A stretch of DNA of 64,000 bases from Lama guanicoe. Taxonomy: Eukaryota. The position numbers and the translations under genes were made by a program. The stretch is taken from contig MU053472.1 in the NCBI GenBank assembly GCA_013239625.1, forward strand, positions 1,364,001-1,428,000, read 5' to 3'. Positions 24,011 to 37,321 of this stretch are shown here, piece after piece (position 1 is the stretch's first letter; every line of letters begins with the position of its first letter). The notes beneath the pieces were generated by a model. That model made no database searches. It worked only from the letters and a program-made list of their open reading frames with translations, and was not told where the DNA came from.

Positions 24011-24650
24011 CATAGGTAACAGTTTCCATGTACCAGACACTTCATGTTCCCCCGGGTCATCTTCCAAATGAACCTAAGTTAATTAGAATGATTGTCCACA
24101 GTGTGTAAAGGAAGGTGCCAAATCTAGGAGGTAAAGTAACTTGACCCAAACCACATACCAGGCAGGAGGAAGGAGCCAGGTTCAAACACAACCTGACTCA
24201 AAGGAAAGCCCTCCTTTGACCTTAACTCCACCCCCTCCCCTGCCCCACCACCTTGCCAGCTGTGCAACTTTAACCAAATCCTCTCCCTCTCAGGGTCTTT
24301 ATTTCTTCCTCTGAACAGGAAGGAGTGAATCATTTCCATGATTCCTCTCCTGAATATGAGGAGCCTGGATTTCACCAGCCAGAAACATTTCAAAAGATAT
24401 TTCCAGGCTCTCAATTTTAATTTAGCAAAGGACTGTCCAACAAATACCATTGTTTAATTACAAACACACAAGACCCTCTAACCAAAAAAGAGATGGAGGA
24501 TGTATCTCAGAGGAAAGAACCACCCAAGAAGAGATGGCTGGCAGCCTGGCCTCAGCGTCCCCATGGTCCTTGCCCACGTCTGTGCCTCTCACTCTGTCCT
24601 TCTGGCTGAGCGGTTGCAAGTGTGGCCTGGCTGCAGCAGTTTCCTAATAA

Positions 24651-25079
<429 letters not shown>

Positions 25080-25239
25080 TGAAATGTACAGATAGGTATA
25101 AAATAAAGAGGAAAATCACTCAACACCCAGAGGCATGACTAGTAAGGTTTAAGTGTGTTTCCTTCAGTGTTCTGTATCCTTTCCCCACCAGATGTCTCGT
25201 AATATGTGCATTTTCCAGTCAACCTTGAAACAAAAGCAG

Positions 25240-25461
25240 ACAGACTGGGATTTCAAAATGTAGAATAGATAAACAAGATTATACTGTATAGCTCAGGGAA
25301 GTACATACAAGATCTTGTGGTAGCTCACAGCAAAAAAAAAAGTGACAATGAATATATATATGTTCATGTATAACTGAAAAATTGTGCTCTACACTGGAAT
25401 TTGACACAACATTGTAAAATGACTATAACTCAATAAAAAAAGTTAAAAGAAAAAAAAAAAA
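25240..25461 (+). mobile_element. Young L1 3' tail in CHCT1 intron 5
   Basis: ...gactataactcaataaaaaaagttaaaa with an A tail; near-identical to the insert at 55098-55226. Confidence 0.8.
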
Positions 25462-26970
25462 CTTCAAACAAAGGCACTTTCCCGAAGGCTTAGAAGCAGA
25501 GCACACACTGTTTCTAGTGGCCAAGAACAGGGACCCCCAGGAAGGGTCCAAGCAGCCGCAAGACACCCACCTCTGGAGGATGGGTGGGGGTGGGAGGGGT
25601 TCATCCTCACAGCGAGGAGGCAGTCCGGCCCTTCCCAGCAGCTTTGGCTTCTGTGATGACCACGCTGCCTGGAGGCTGCAGGGCTAGGGGACAGACACTC
25701 TTCAGTGAGAGGGGCCCCAGCCAAGGCTGCAAACTCTGAAGCCCCTCCTGTGCACTGGGGTGCAGAGAGAGGTCGGCGCCCCCCACCTCACTTTTCTAGA
25801 ACTGGCTTCTGGGGCCACACTTAGCTGTTCTTGCTTAGCTGCTGGGGGCAGAAAATGAAGGCAACCAGGGTAGCCTGGGACCACAGATCGTGGTCCTAAA
25901 CTGGGCCCAGGTATTCTGGGAAGGCCCGGCTGGCTGGGGCTCCAGGCCTCTTCACTAGTCACTGCTGGACCGAGTCGGAGAGCGGGAGTGAGAACGGTCA
26001 GGCTGCTACTGACACCCAGAACTCTGCCTGGGCTCTGTGAGGGCCCTTGGCCCCGGGGCCCACTGTTTAATTGAGGAAGTAAAACTTACAGTGGAATGAA
26101 GACCAGTCCGTCATTGAGATGACTTAGACCACGCAGGCCATGAGTCAGGTGGGGAAAATGAGGTCCAGGCTTTGGGCGCCAGCATCTCCCAGCACCAGGT
26201 GCTCTGCGGCTCTTAATTTCACTTCACCCCCTCCAGCATCTGGTGAGATGGGCATTATTATACCCTTTTACACCTGGGCACTCTCAAGCCACAGGGCAAA
26301 GGGTAGGACAGACCGCCTGGAGTTCAAGAGTCTTTAAAAGAAAAGAATAAGGAGAGGGAAGTGGATAAACATCACCCTGTCATCCACTGGTAGCACTTTT
26401 TAGATTTTTTTAAGCATGTAAATTTAAGCAAAATGTATTTAAGTAAAATGAGACCATGTGATACAGACAATTTTGAATTGAACTTGCTTTTTTTCAGTTA
26501 ATTATATCAGTCTTCCCTGCCAATGGCTTCATTTTGTCTAATTGTTGGATTAAATACTCCCCTTTTCAAGTTTTTCCAGTAGTCAGAGCTATCTTTTGCA
26601 CTGGTTTCCCAAAGCATGCATTTCACTTGGTATGTCTCCTTTCTTTTCACCTGACCCAGCCCCTTTTCTACACCCTGACTGATTGATGAGATCAGGCTAT
26701 TTTTATTCTGCAGAATGTTCCCCTCTTTCTGCTTTTTTCTTGTTGCTTCCTTCTGGCATCTTTTAGGCTCATCCCTTTATCTATGAGCGGATTGTGGGGC
26801 AAGAGTCTTGATGAATTCCTGTTAAACACATTTTTGGGCAGGAGACATTAGAGACAAGGTTGTGTTTGTCGCATTGTGTTACATGAGGAAACACACACTA
26901 TCTGGCGGAGCCCCCGTGACTGGGCTGAGGTGAACCACTGAGTCTGTCCTGCAGTTAAAATTGACCAGTA

Positions 26971-27100
26971 GGGGGAGGGTATAGCTCAGTAGTAGAGCAC
27001 GGGCTTAGCATGCTTGAGGGCCTGGGCCCAATCCCCAGCACCTCCATTAAAGCAAATAAGCCTAATTACCTGTCTCCCCCCAAAATAAATAAATAAAAAG
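26971..27100 (+). mobile_element. Vic-1-like SINE
   Basis: gggggagggtatagctcagtagtagagcac...aatccccagcacctcc plus tail. Confidence 0.85.
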
Positions 27101-27501
27101 AAACCGCCACTTTAAAAATAAAATAACATTTTAAAAAGCGACTGGCGTGGTATTTCCTCGGCACTATGTTCATGAGCCAGAAGCCAGAGGTCAAGAACCC
27201 TGGGTCTGGTCCTGACTGCGCCCCTAACTTGCCTGAGGCTTTGGGCAGCCCATTTCCTTAAGTGCCTGCCTCCGTGGGATCCCTCATCTGCAAATTGTGG
27301 TTGACACTGTCTCCCTCCCTCCTCCCCTCCCCCTGCAGAGTTTCTGCGAGAAAAAAACAAAGGATATATAGGCTGGGAACAAGATAAGATTGTGTTGTTC
27401 TTCTTTGAGGTCCCTACTGCACCCCCCCCAGATATTACAGACTGAGATTCTCTTACTATTCGTGATGTCTTCAGGACTGTCTTCGACCTTCCTTTTTTCA
27501 G

Positions 27502-27587
27502 GTTCTTTCAGGAAACTCCCTCAAAAGCCAAAACTCAAGAGAAAGGGGATTAAGGAAGCCCCAGAAACTCCAGAGACCTGCCCATAA
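27502..27587 (+). CDS. CHCT1: CHCT1 terminal coding exon ([28 protein letters not shown])
   Basis: Acceptor ccttttttcag|GT; matches the recalled human C-terminus ...[20 protein letters not shown]; requires a phase-1 upstream exon. Confidence 0.85.
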
Positions 27588-27743
27588 GAAGATCTAGCTG
27601 GGACAGACAGCCAGCTCGCCCTGGATCCCAGAGCACTTGCTCCTGGGGAGGAAGGGGAGGAGGACCAATGAGGGGAAAGAAGAAATTGTCTTTATCAAAA
27701 GGCTGCTCAGGTCTTAATTACGTATAAATAGGGCGGGTGAGGA

Positions 27744-27749
27744 AATAAA
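27744..27749 (+). terminator. CHCT1: CHCT1 polyadenylation signal AATAAA
   Basis: AATAAA ~157 nt after the stop codon, followed by T/GT-rich sequence. Confidence 0.65.
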
Positions 27750-28848
27750 CATCCTTCAGATTGTTCTACTTTACTTGGCTGATCATCATCATTTATTCCT
27801 TTTTCATTAAAAAAAATTTGCTAGCCACCCTCTGAGTGGCAGGTGCCCCATAGATACACAGATAAATAAGTGGTGGTCACTTGTGTCAAGGACCAAAACA
27901 GCTTTGCGGGGAGACACTCATATATGGTAAATAGACATTACAACGGGGTGAATGCAGATCCCTGGGGAAGGCCACAGTGGAGGTTACAAAGGGGCTGATG
28001 TGCGTTTGCCAGGGGAGGGCACAGGGGGGCGCGGAACGGGGCTGGGGTCAGTCAGAGAGTGGTAAGTTTGGCAGCCTGCCTAAATCATCTGGAATTGATC
28101 TTACGGGAAACTTAGCGGGGGACAGTGGCAAGGGAGACTCCAGGTAGTGGAACCGTCTGGTGTGACTTGGGTACTGGGCAACGTATGTGGAAGTGAGAGA
28201 GGGTAGAGGCAGGAGACCCAAGAAGGAACCAGATCAATAGTCTTAGCTTGCATGGTGCTTCAAACCAGTGGTCCGAAATTAGGAGCCCAGGTGCTGAATT
28301 CAGACCACTGATGTGTTTTGTTTGCCCCTTGTGGTCTACTTATTTAAAACACTTTCATTTAAAAAAAAAATTAGTTGCCAGTATTAAAGTGGTGCATTTC
28401 ATGTTAAAAACAACAACAGCATTTAAAACTGGCCACACTGGGACCTGCCTTCCCACATGGCAACGCCTGCCTAGGGCTGAGTCCCACGTGGCGCGCTGAG
28501 GTTTCACTGGGGCTTTTTCCAGTTCCTCATAGTCCCCTCCCCTCCCTGTTGCCCTACGCACTGGCCTCCCTCACTCCCTTATATCACCTGTGGGACCATT
28601 TTAGCCTTTAGTGTTTGCTACCCTTGGGATATAAAATGCAATGAAGCTGTGTGTGGAAGGGGGAGGGGTGAATTTGTGAGATTAAGGTAAAATTGACAGT
28701 TTGGTCAAAGTATTTTCTAAGAACAGAGGAGAAACAGGGCCCTGCCGGACACAGCGGCTTTCAGGGCCCAGTATGGGCTGGAGTGCTTGGGACCAGAACA
28801 AATGTGTGTCTCTTTTTTCCTTTTCACCCTCAATTTGTATTCAGGTGT

Positions 28849-28968
28849 CAGGGAGGGTATAGCTCAGTGGTAGAGCTCATGCTTAGCACACACGAAGTCC
28901 TGGGTTCAGTCCTCAGTACCTCCAATTAAAAAATAAATAACCCTATTTACCCCCTCGCCCCAAAAACG
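28849..28968 (+). mobile_element. Vic-1-like SINE with 13-bp TSD TGTATTCAGGTGT
   Basis: TSD at 28836-28848 and 28969-28981. Confidence 0.88.
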
Positions 28969-29599
28969 TGTATTCAGGTGTGAATATCATTAAAGATTTA
29001 AAATGTTAAAATGAGTATCAATTTAGTCTTGAAGAACAAGCCTGGGGAGGCATAAATAGGGAAGAAGCGGGCAGCTTAGCTCTTTCTTTGTTCCTTATAC
29101 CCATTGCCTCCCAGAGGCCAGGTGAGAGGGTAAGGCATGCTCCTGGGGTCAGCCTTGCTCAGGTGGTCCTGACGGCCCTGACAAAGCTGGGAGGAGCTGA
29201 GAGAAGAGCAAGCCGGCTGGAGGGTGTCCTTTATGATGGAGGGCTCTTCAACTTTCTCTACTACCCCTGAGAGAGTTCACTGACAAGGTCCCAGGGAAAG
29301 GGCTAGCTGTGTGGGGACAGACCAGAACAAGGAGGTGTCCCCTGTGTGTGTGGCAGCACCGCCACCTAGTGGAATTAGAGAAATCTACAGCCTTCTTCCT
29401 GTGCAGAGAGAGGGAGACCAGGGGGAAGATGGGGAGCTTCAGAACAGCCTGGAGGACAGTCAAGGCCTGACAAAATGGGCAACAGGGGACGCTTGGTTTT
29501 GGAGGCTTCTTAATTCTTTCCTCAAATTCAGAAGGATCTCGGAATTCCAAAAATGTAGATCACATGACATTGTTTTACTCAAAACCCTCCAACAGTACA

Positions 29600-30480
29600 G
29601 GGAATTTTGAGGGCAGTGAGAATACCCTGCATGATGCCAGAATGGCGGCTACACACCATTGTACATTTGTCCAGACCCACAGAATGTGCAACATCAAGAG
29701 CGAACCCTACTGTAAAGCCTGGGCTTTGGGTGTTGACAGTGCATCAATGTAGGTCCATCAATGGTAACAAATGTACCCCTCTGGTGGGGGCTGTGGGTGA
29801 CAGGGGAAGGCCATGCATGTGTGGGGACGGAAGCACACAGGAAGTCTCTGAACCTGCTGCTCAATTTTTCTGTGAACCTGAAACTGCTCTGCAAAATAAA
29901 GTCTTAAAACAAAAAATAAATAAATAAATAAATAAAACAGCTCTTAACCTCATGCAGATCAAAGGCCAAAATCTTTCCAAGGGCCCACAAGGCCCTCTGT
30001 GATCTACCCCTATCCATTCTGTTACCTCTCTGCACTCTTCCTTGTTTATCTCATACGAGTCAAGCATATTCCTGCCTCAGGGCCTTTTCACTGGCTGTTT
30101 CCTCTGTCTGGAATGTTCTTTCCCAAGATATTCACATGGCTAACTCCTTCTTTGCCTTCAAATCTTTGTTCAATGTCACCTCCTGCGGGAAGCCTAACAT
30201 ATCTCCCTGTTTTAAATTCCACCACCCTACACACTCTGAATTATCCCTTACTTTGTTTTTGTTTTCCTAAAGTACTTCTACCTCTCAAATATTACATAAT
30301 TTAGTCAATGGTTATATTTATTTATTGACAGTCTCCTGCCATTAAAATGAAAGCTCCACAGGACAGAGCTTTTTGTTTGTTTTGTTCATTGCTGAATCCC
30401 AGGCAATTACAGGAGTACCCAGCATGTAGTAGACCCGTTAACACACATTTGTAGAATGAATGATTGAATGAAGGAACGAA
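29600..30480 (+). mobile_element. Old L1 3' end (~29600-29935) within L2 (to ~30480)
   Basis: ttttctgtgaacctgaaactgctct...aataaa; L2 3' end aagctccacaggacagagc...gaatgaatga. Confidence 0.65.
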
Positions 30481-31473
30481 CCAAAATGGAGACTTTAGTC
30501 CAAACGCCACCTGGTTTAGAGGGGATAAAGAGGCCAAGAGGGAAGGTGACTTCTCCGTGGTCGAACAGGCAGTCAACACCAGTACTGGGGCTAAATCTCG
30601 GACCTGCAGACCCCTGGCCAGCACACTTCCCACACACCAAGGACGCATGCTCCACCTGCTCTCAGCCAACACACTCATTTCCCACAGAATATCAGTAACC
30701 CACAAGACTCAAGGTATGACTTATCCTAGGATGGTTTGTATTTTCTTAGTAATGCTCTTTCTACCCAAGTATGACTCTCTAAGGTGGACCTGGGGACACC
30801 AGAAGCAGGGAGGTCGGGGAGGCTCTTTGGAGGTAGGGAGCCTTGGTGGAAACCCCCAAACCACACCTTGGTCTAAGCTGCCTGTGAATAGGTTCACCCC
30901 AAGGAACAAGCCTCGTGGATGGTCCCTCTCCTAGAGCATAATGGATACTTCCTCGAAAGTCTTGAACGGAAGAGGCTCCTGACCCTAAGAACTAGGCACG
31001 TAATGTACAACACGATTAATATGATTATGTTCTGTATGAAAGTTGTTAAGAGTAAATCCTAAGAGTTCTCACCATAAAGAACTTTTTTTTCTTTGTTTTG
31101 TATCTGTAAGAGTTGATAGATGTTCACTAAATTTATTGTGATAATCACTCCATGATGTATGTAAATCAAATCCACCTTAAACTCCTACAGTGCTGTATGT
31201 CAATTGTATCTCAATAAAACTGGAAGAAAATAAAATAACATAATTGTGTGGCAAGGGCAGAGTGCATGGTGACTGAGGGAATACTTGCAGTGAGACTGGC
31301 CATGTATCTATAAGCTGAATGCAAGGTATAAGGGAGCTGCTTACACTAGTCTCTCTACTTCTGCATATGTTTGAAAGTTTTCAAAACAGAAAGTTTCAAA
31401 AGAGTAGCCAAACCATCGCCTCTCCCCTAATTCTGAAAGAACCGTAATCCTTCTGCTTTAAAGCAGGATTGGC

Positions 31474-31605
31474 AGGGAGGGTATAGCTCAGTGGTAGAGC
31501 ATGTGCTTAGCACGCACAAGGTCCTGGGCTCAGTACCTCCATTAAAATAAATAAGTAAATCAATAAACCTAATTACCTCCCCCCAAAAATTAAAAAAAAA
31601 AAAGA
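31474..31605 (+). mobile_element. Vic-1-like SINE
   Basis: A-box text plus tail; approximate TSD aagcaggat / aaacaggat. Confidence 0.8.
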
Positions 31606-32194
31606 AACAGGATAGTCTTCAGCCTTGATGTTTGGTCTAGAAGCCTATTATCCTGCACAGACCCCTCCCCGCCTCAGGACTCACTTTCTGTAAGGGGGTG
31701 GGATCAAGGGGCAGACCAGAGTCCAAATCAAGTCCTGACTTCGGATAGCTGACACATTGCCAGACAACTGTGACAGGAGCGCCAGAGCCATGGGAGATGC
31801 TCTGGAGTAAGAGATGCTCTTGGGGCAGAAAGAACTAATTCACAGACATTGCTTACCAGCAGGAGGCTCCTGACTAGCCAACCACAGACCCAAAATGCAC
31901 AACCTTGTTACTAAGCCAAGAGATGCAAATAAAAAGAGTCATTCTTTCTTGGCATCACAGTAGCAATGAAAACAATCGTAAAGCTCAGTGCTGATGTGGG
32001 TGTGGAAAAATAAGAGCTCTGATACATTATAACCTGAATGGAAATTGATACAACCTGGCAGCATATGTCAAAATCTGACCGGCAACTCCAGGACATTTAT
32101 AAGAATCAGAGATGGGCACAAAGCTTCAGTGTCAAGGATAATCGTCAGAGAGGAATTTAAAGTAGGGAAAAACTAGGAGCAATCTGAATGTCCA

Positions 32195-33165
32195 GTGTGG
32201 AGATTTAAAAATATACCCACAAATTCTGATACTGTTCCTTTCAAGACATGGGGCTTAATTCCCCTTCCCTTGTGTGAGAGCTGTACCTAGTGACCTACTT
32301 CTAAGGGATAGAACATGGTGAAAATGAGGAGTGTGGCTTCCTAGGGCAGGTCATGAAAGATACTGTTGATTTCTGTCATGCTTTGTTGGAATCACTCGTT
32401 CTGGGCGAGTCAGTGGCCATGCCATGAAGACACGTAGCCCTGTGGAGCCGCCCACGTGAGGAGGGATGGAGACCTCCTGCCAACAGCCACGTAAGTGAGC
32501 CATTTTAGGAAGCAGATCCCCAGCTGCCGTCGTCTTAGCAACCCCAGTTACCACCTTCATGCAGTCTCATGAGACTCCCTAAGCCCGAACCACCCAGATA
32601 AGCCATTCCTGAATTCCAGTTTCACAGGAATTGTTACTTAATAAATATTTTCTGCTTAAGCCATTAAGCTTTGGGGTAATTTGTTACTGTTAACCAACGT
32701 TTTAGAAACAGAGACCTGATTGAAATAAAATGAAGTGTTTATTGGGGGTTTGTTAGGACTGCAGCCTGGGAGACACAGAGTCAGGAAGCCATTGGAATTG
32801 CGTTCCACTGGACTACAAAATGGGGGAGGCTTATACAGGCAAAAACTGGAAGGTTACAGTTAGTTACATGAGTTGTCTATCAAGGATTATAATTGGAACT
32901 CGCAAAAAGTAAAATACTTAAGTAAGGGTTGGTTAGGGTCTGAAGTGGTTGTATTAGTTACAAGAGACCTTGAGACCCTAAGGTTGCAGCTTGCAGGTCT
33001 TCTAAATACAGCTGGTGGTGTCCTTGGGTCTGGTACAGTTCAAAGAAAGTTCAAGTTTTTACTGGTACAGAGATGTGTCTGAGACCAGATCCTCAGTGGC
33101 CACCTGTGGACCGTGATTACTATTATAATTCAATTTGTCATCATTACACAGCAATAGATAATTAA
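32195..33165 (+). mobile_element. MLT1-type MaLR LTR hosting a younger LTR
   Basis: MLT1 end ggtaatttgttac...acagcaatagataat is split by the insert. Confidence 0.7.
32688..33143 (-). mobile_element. 456-bp ERV solo LTR (TG...CA, 4-bp TSD TTAC)
   Basis: TSD at 32684-32687 and 33144-33147; minus-strand TATAA (~32833) and AATAAA (~32740). Confidence 0.8.
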
Positions 33166-34239
33166 TAATTCCAGCAATAGAGGATGCATTAAATAGATTA
33201 TGGCCCATCCACAGAGGAGCATACTTGTACAGTTATTGAAAATTACACTTTCCATATATAATAGTATGAGGAAATTGTCGTAAGAATAAAGCTGGATGGG
33301 CTCCCTCCTTCAGCTGCTTCTGAGACTCCTCCCTTTCTCATCTGAAGTGACTTCTCTGTTACTAAGAACCAAGCTTCAAAAAGACAAGATCTAAATAAGG
33401 CTCCTCCCTACAAACCTGATCCGAAACCAAAGAGCTTAGCTCAGCCCTACTTATTACTGAAACCCCGAGTAACTACTCCAGTTTTAGGTCCCAGCTGGGT
33501 CTTACAGGTGCCATCTTGGCAGATGGAATCATCTGGATCATTGTATCATATATTCAGTAAAACTGGAGTTTCAGTCTCCTCCTTCTCCTCCGTAACCCTC
33601 TAGAAAGCGAGGAGGAGGGAAAGGAACTAACACTTTCACCATATCCATACTGAAGCAGGCGTTGCATTCATTTTATTTCATCTTCTTAATAATCCATTTG
33701 ACAGATGAGGCGTCCAGCTCAGCAATGGGGTAATTTGCCTAAAGCCACACCTGGACGTCTGAAGTCACTGTGAGCACCCTGACTCCCTGGAACTCTCACT
33801 TTCTGATAAAAGCTGCCTTTAGGTAAATCTTATTTCTGAAAACTAAAAATTAAAGACCTGACTTGTGTGATCAAATATATACTGGGTAAACTTTGGCTCA
33901 GTCAAAAAGTGCCAAAGGCACTTTTTTAAATGACTCATCTTTTTCTTTTCTTTTTTCTGTCGAGCGTAGAGGAATGGGATTACTCTGTCACCAACATTAA
34001 CAGATGCAGAATGTGGGCCGGCGCTGGGTCACAGTCAGTAACAGGAAAGAAAAATACTCAAGCTATTTAAGTAGCAGCAAGAGTGAAAAACAAAACCTGA
34101 TTCTGTGCTGAGAAGGAATTTAAATGCAAATGAACGTTTGACAGGTTGTATCAGCTTTCTAATTCAGAAGTAATCACACTTGAGGTTTATCAAGCACTGT
34201 CTGGAAGTGACCATTCACATTTTTTCAAACTTATATATC

Positions 34240-34900
34240 ATGTCTGCTCATGCAGTTGTCTTGAAATTTGTTGTAACTCATAGAATTTACCATCTGTAAG
34301 TGTACAGTTCAGTAACATCGTATTCATGTTGTGTAACCAACCTCCAGAACTTTTTCATCTTGCAAAACTGAAATTATACCCATTAAACAGCCACTCCCCA
34401 TTTTCCTCCTTCCAGCCCTGATAACAGTCATTCTCCTTTCTGAGTCTGACTACTCTAGATAACTTCTAAGAGGAATCATACAGTATTTACTCTCTCCCCT
34501 ACCTTTTGCGACTAGCTTCTATCTGTTAGCTTAATGCTCTCACAGTTCATCCATGTTTGTAGCATGTGTCAGAATTTCCTTTCCGTTTCTGGCAAAATAA
34601 TATTTTACTGTTATCCATTCATCCATTGATGGACATTTGGGTTGCTTCCACCTCTTGGCTGTTGTGAATGACGCTGTTATGAACATGGGTGTACACATAT
34701 CTGTTCAAGCTCCTGCTTTCAATGCCTTTGGATGTACACCCAGAAGAGGAATTGCTGGATCACATGGGAATACTATTCTTAATTTTTTGAGGAAACATCT
34801 TAGCTTTCCATAGCAGATACACCATCTTACATTCCCACGAATGAGACACAACGGTTACCATTTCTCTATTTTGTGATAATAGCCATCCTACTGAGTGTAA
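34240..34900 (-). mobile_element. Old L1 (L1MB-type) 3' region
   Basis: ttatccattcatccattgatggacatttgggttgcttccacc...ggaattgctggatca. Confidence 0.8.
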
Positions 34901-35880
34901 GTTTGCCTTGAATTTTCAAATTATAGAAAGTGTGCTCTACTACCTGTTACAGAGTGAACATCTTAAATTTTTAACACGCACAAATCAGCAAAGTTTATAA
35001 GCTAGAAATAGTCTTGATTCTGGAAGTTACCTGATAATGGCGTTAACAAAGCTTTACATAAAATGCTGCATTAAGCGTCAAGAAGTGGCAACTCAGGTTT
35101 TAAGGGAAGGCTTCCCTTGTCCTTTGAGCTCAACAGATGAGTAAGACTTTAAGCAGGAAATGGTGTTCCACACAAAACAGGAAATGGCACGTTCAAAGTC
35201 CCAGAGGTGTAAAAGGAAAGATTTTTAAATTCAGTATCACCAAAGGTGGTAGGTGACGGAGTGCTGACCATTCCAAGCAAGGGTGGGATTTTGTCTAAAT
35301 GTTTTCTTTTTAATCTTTTAAAATTTGGTTTCATTTCCTGTAACTAACTGTTCTAAATGCTTAAGATTCATGCTGTTTTCATGGTGGATTTTTCTTAAAG
35401 AACTAGTTTGACCCCACCGTTCACATGAGGAAGTGAAACACAAAGAGGCTTACGATGACACATCTCAAATTCCCTGCTGTTCAAAGGCAGGGCTGGAACT
35501 GTAACCAAGACAGAGAGTTTTCTCCACTGCTGCCAGCAGAACTTCACCAGGTCTCATCACCCATTTTCAGTCTTTTAGAGTTAGGAGAGCAGGGAAAAGA
35601 ATGGCATCATTACTTTTGGAAAGACTAAAAAATTCCCCACATTAATATAGTGCTTATTTTTTCCGTAGAATTTTCATGAGCACCAACTCCAGGTGCTGTT
35701 CCCATGTGTCTCCTCTGCCACACAACTCACTTTTCTTGAGCAGGAGCACTTTCGTTCTAGTGTCTCTTGCAGTGTTCCCTAATAAAAATTGTCTACAGTG
35801 TTTAAATAATCCCAAGTCCCAACCAACAGTGATCACAACTAAATTGGAAACAGATACGCTATGAATGCAGGAACACTATA

Positions 35881-35886
35881 TTTATT
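35881..35886 (-). terminator. APPBP2: Distal APPBP2 poly(A) signal AATAAA
   Basis: TTTATT on the plus strand, with GT/T-rich downstream sequence on the minus strand. Confidence 0.65.
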
Positions 35887-36908
35887 AAGTCAATAATTCA
35901 TTTTTAGCAATACAAGTACAGAATATATCACAATGCTGGTTACAAACATACTTAGTATGGTTTAATGGTTACAAATAATGGTGGGCACTACAAGTTTGTG
36001 GTAAGGATGATATGAAAGGTCATTCTGACACAATGAAGAATTAGTTGTCTTAAAAAAAATCTATCAATGACCTTAGATATTTCTATAGAAATTACTGTGG
36101 CACTATCAGTGGGGATTTTCACATAAAGAAATGGTTAATGATTTGCTTTTGTTTCATTAAGAGTTTTTTACTTTGAGTCTATTAAACTAAAATCCCCTGT
36201 TGCTTAATTAAGTATAAAAATAGTACTGACCTGGTAATATTTAATAAAACATTGCATTCATTCACATCAGAAAAGTAGAACTAAGTTTAAAATTGTTTTT
36301 AGTTACCATGGCAACACATCTTCCCGTAAAAGCAATCTATAGAAATGAATGATGTTACACAAATGGTACCTGCAAAGTTATTTAGTGATCCAACACTTAA
36401 CTTGTGCACCACAAACCAAGTTTTCTAGATATCTATATATAGCATATATTTTTAATCTTAAATTTTACTTTTGAAAAAAAAAATGTGCACTTCAACAGAC
36501 TCACTAAGGCCACTCATGCTATAGATGCCTAGGACTGCAATTAAAGAAGGGCATTATTTAACAAATCCTAAAGCACACTCCTTCAGATCACCAACAGGGT
36601 AAAACCAGTTTTCTGCCTAAAACATTCCTGAGATTTGTGGACAATGCAAATACTAGTGTTCAAGCTGGACATTAATGCAAATGTCAGATTAGAAAGAATC
36701 TCCTAGCAAGAGCTGAGGTCCTCCAAAGCCAAGAGGTGAAATATATGTTAATTCTTACAGCAAAAATAAAACTCCTAATGAAGTTTTTACTTATAAGTTA
36801 TTTTTCCAGTAGTAACTTTGCCATCCAGAAAAAGAACAGTTTGGAAGCAGCAAGGCTACAAATTCAGCAGGAAAAAAAAAAAAAAAAGCTGAGTGGCAGT
36901 TAACAACA

Positions 36909-37321
36909 CAGGTATCCCCCGCTTTCGGAAAGTTCACTTTATGCCACTTTGCTTTTACGGAAGATCTACCTTAGCACCTGTTTTCGCTAACCAAATGAAA
37001 TCCAAAGAGGATGTCTGCTTTTATGGAAAAAGATGAAAAGCAAAACTAGTGTTCAACCTTTCTTTTGCAGACAGCTGTGAGAGAGGCAGCCACACCCGGA
37101 GCAGCAGGGGTGGCACCGCCATGCTCGGACTACAACCGGTGTCTCAGCGACAGCCCTCCAGAGGCTTAGCTAGGCAAGCATCTGTGCTTCAACTCGATTT
37201 ATTTTGTGCATCTGTATGTAGCAAGGTATGTCCATAGGAAACAGCCTCTTTGCTGTCCACCCGTTTCAGCTTAGAGAGGTTTCATAGGAACGCTCTACTT
37301 TTAGCTAGCGGGGGAAGCCTG
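36909..37321. mobile_element. 413-bp Tc1/mariner-Tigger-like MITE in the APPBP2 3' UTR
   Basis: 25-bp TIRs, 19/25 identical (CAGGTATCCCCCGCTTTCGGAAAGT vs CAGGCTTCCCCCGCTAGCTAAAAGT); TA follows the right end. Confidence 0.7.

Noticed and set aside
30322..30934. 127 and 156 aa ORFs on opposite strands
   Set aside because: Overlap L2/MIR remnants; no domain or exon structure
33930..34131. AP-1 (TGACTCA) and octamer (ATGCAAAT) motifs as an enhancer
   Set aside because: 7-8 bp motifs are expected by chance at this window size
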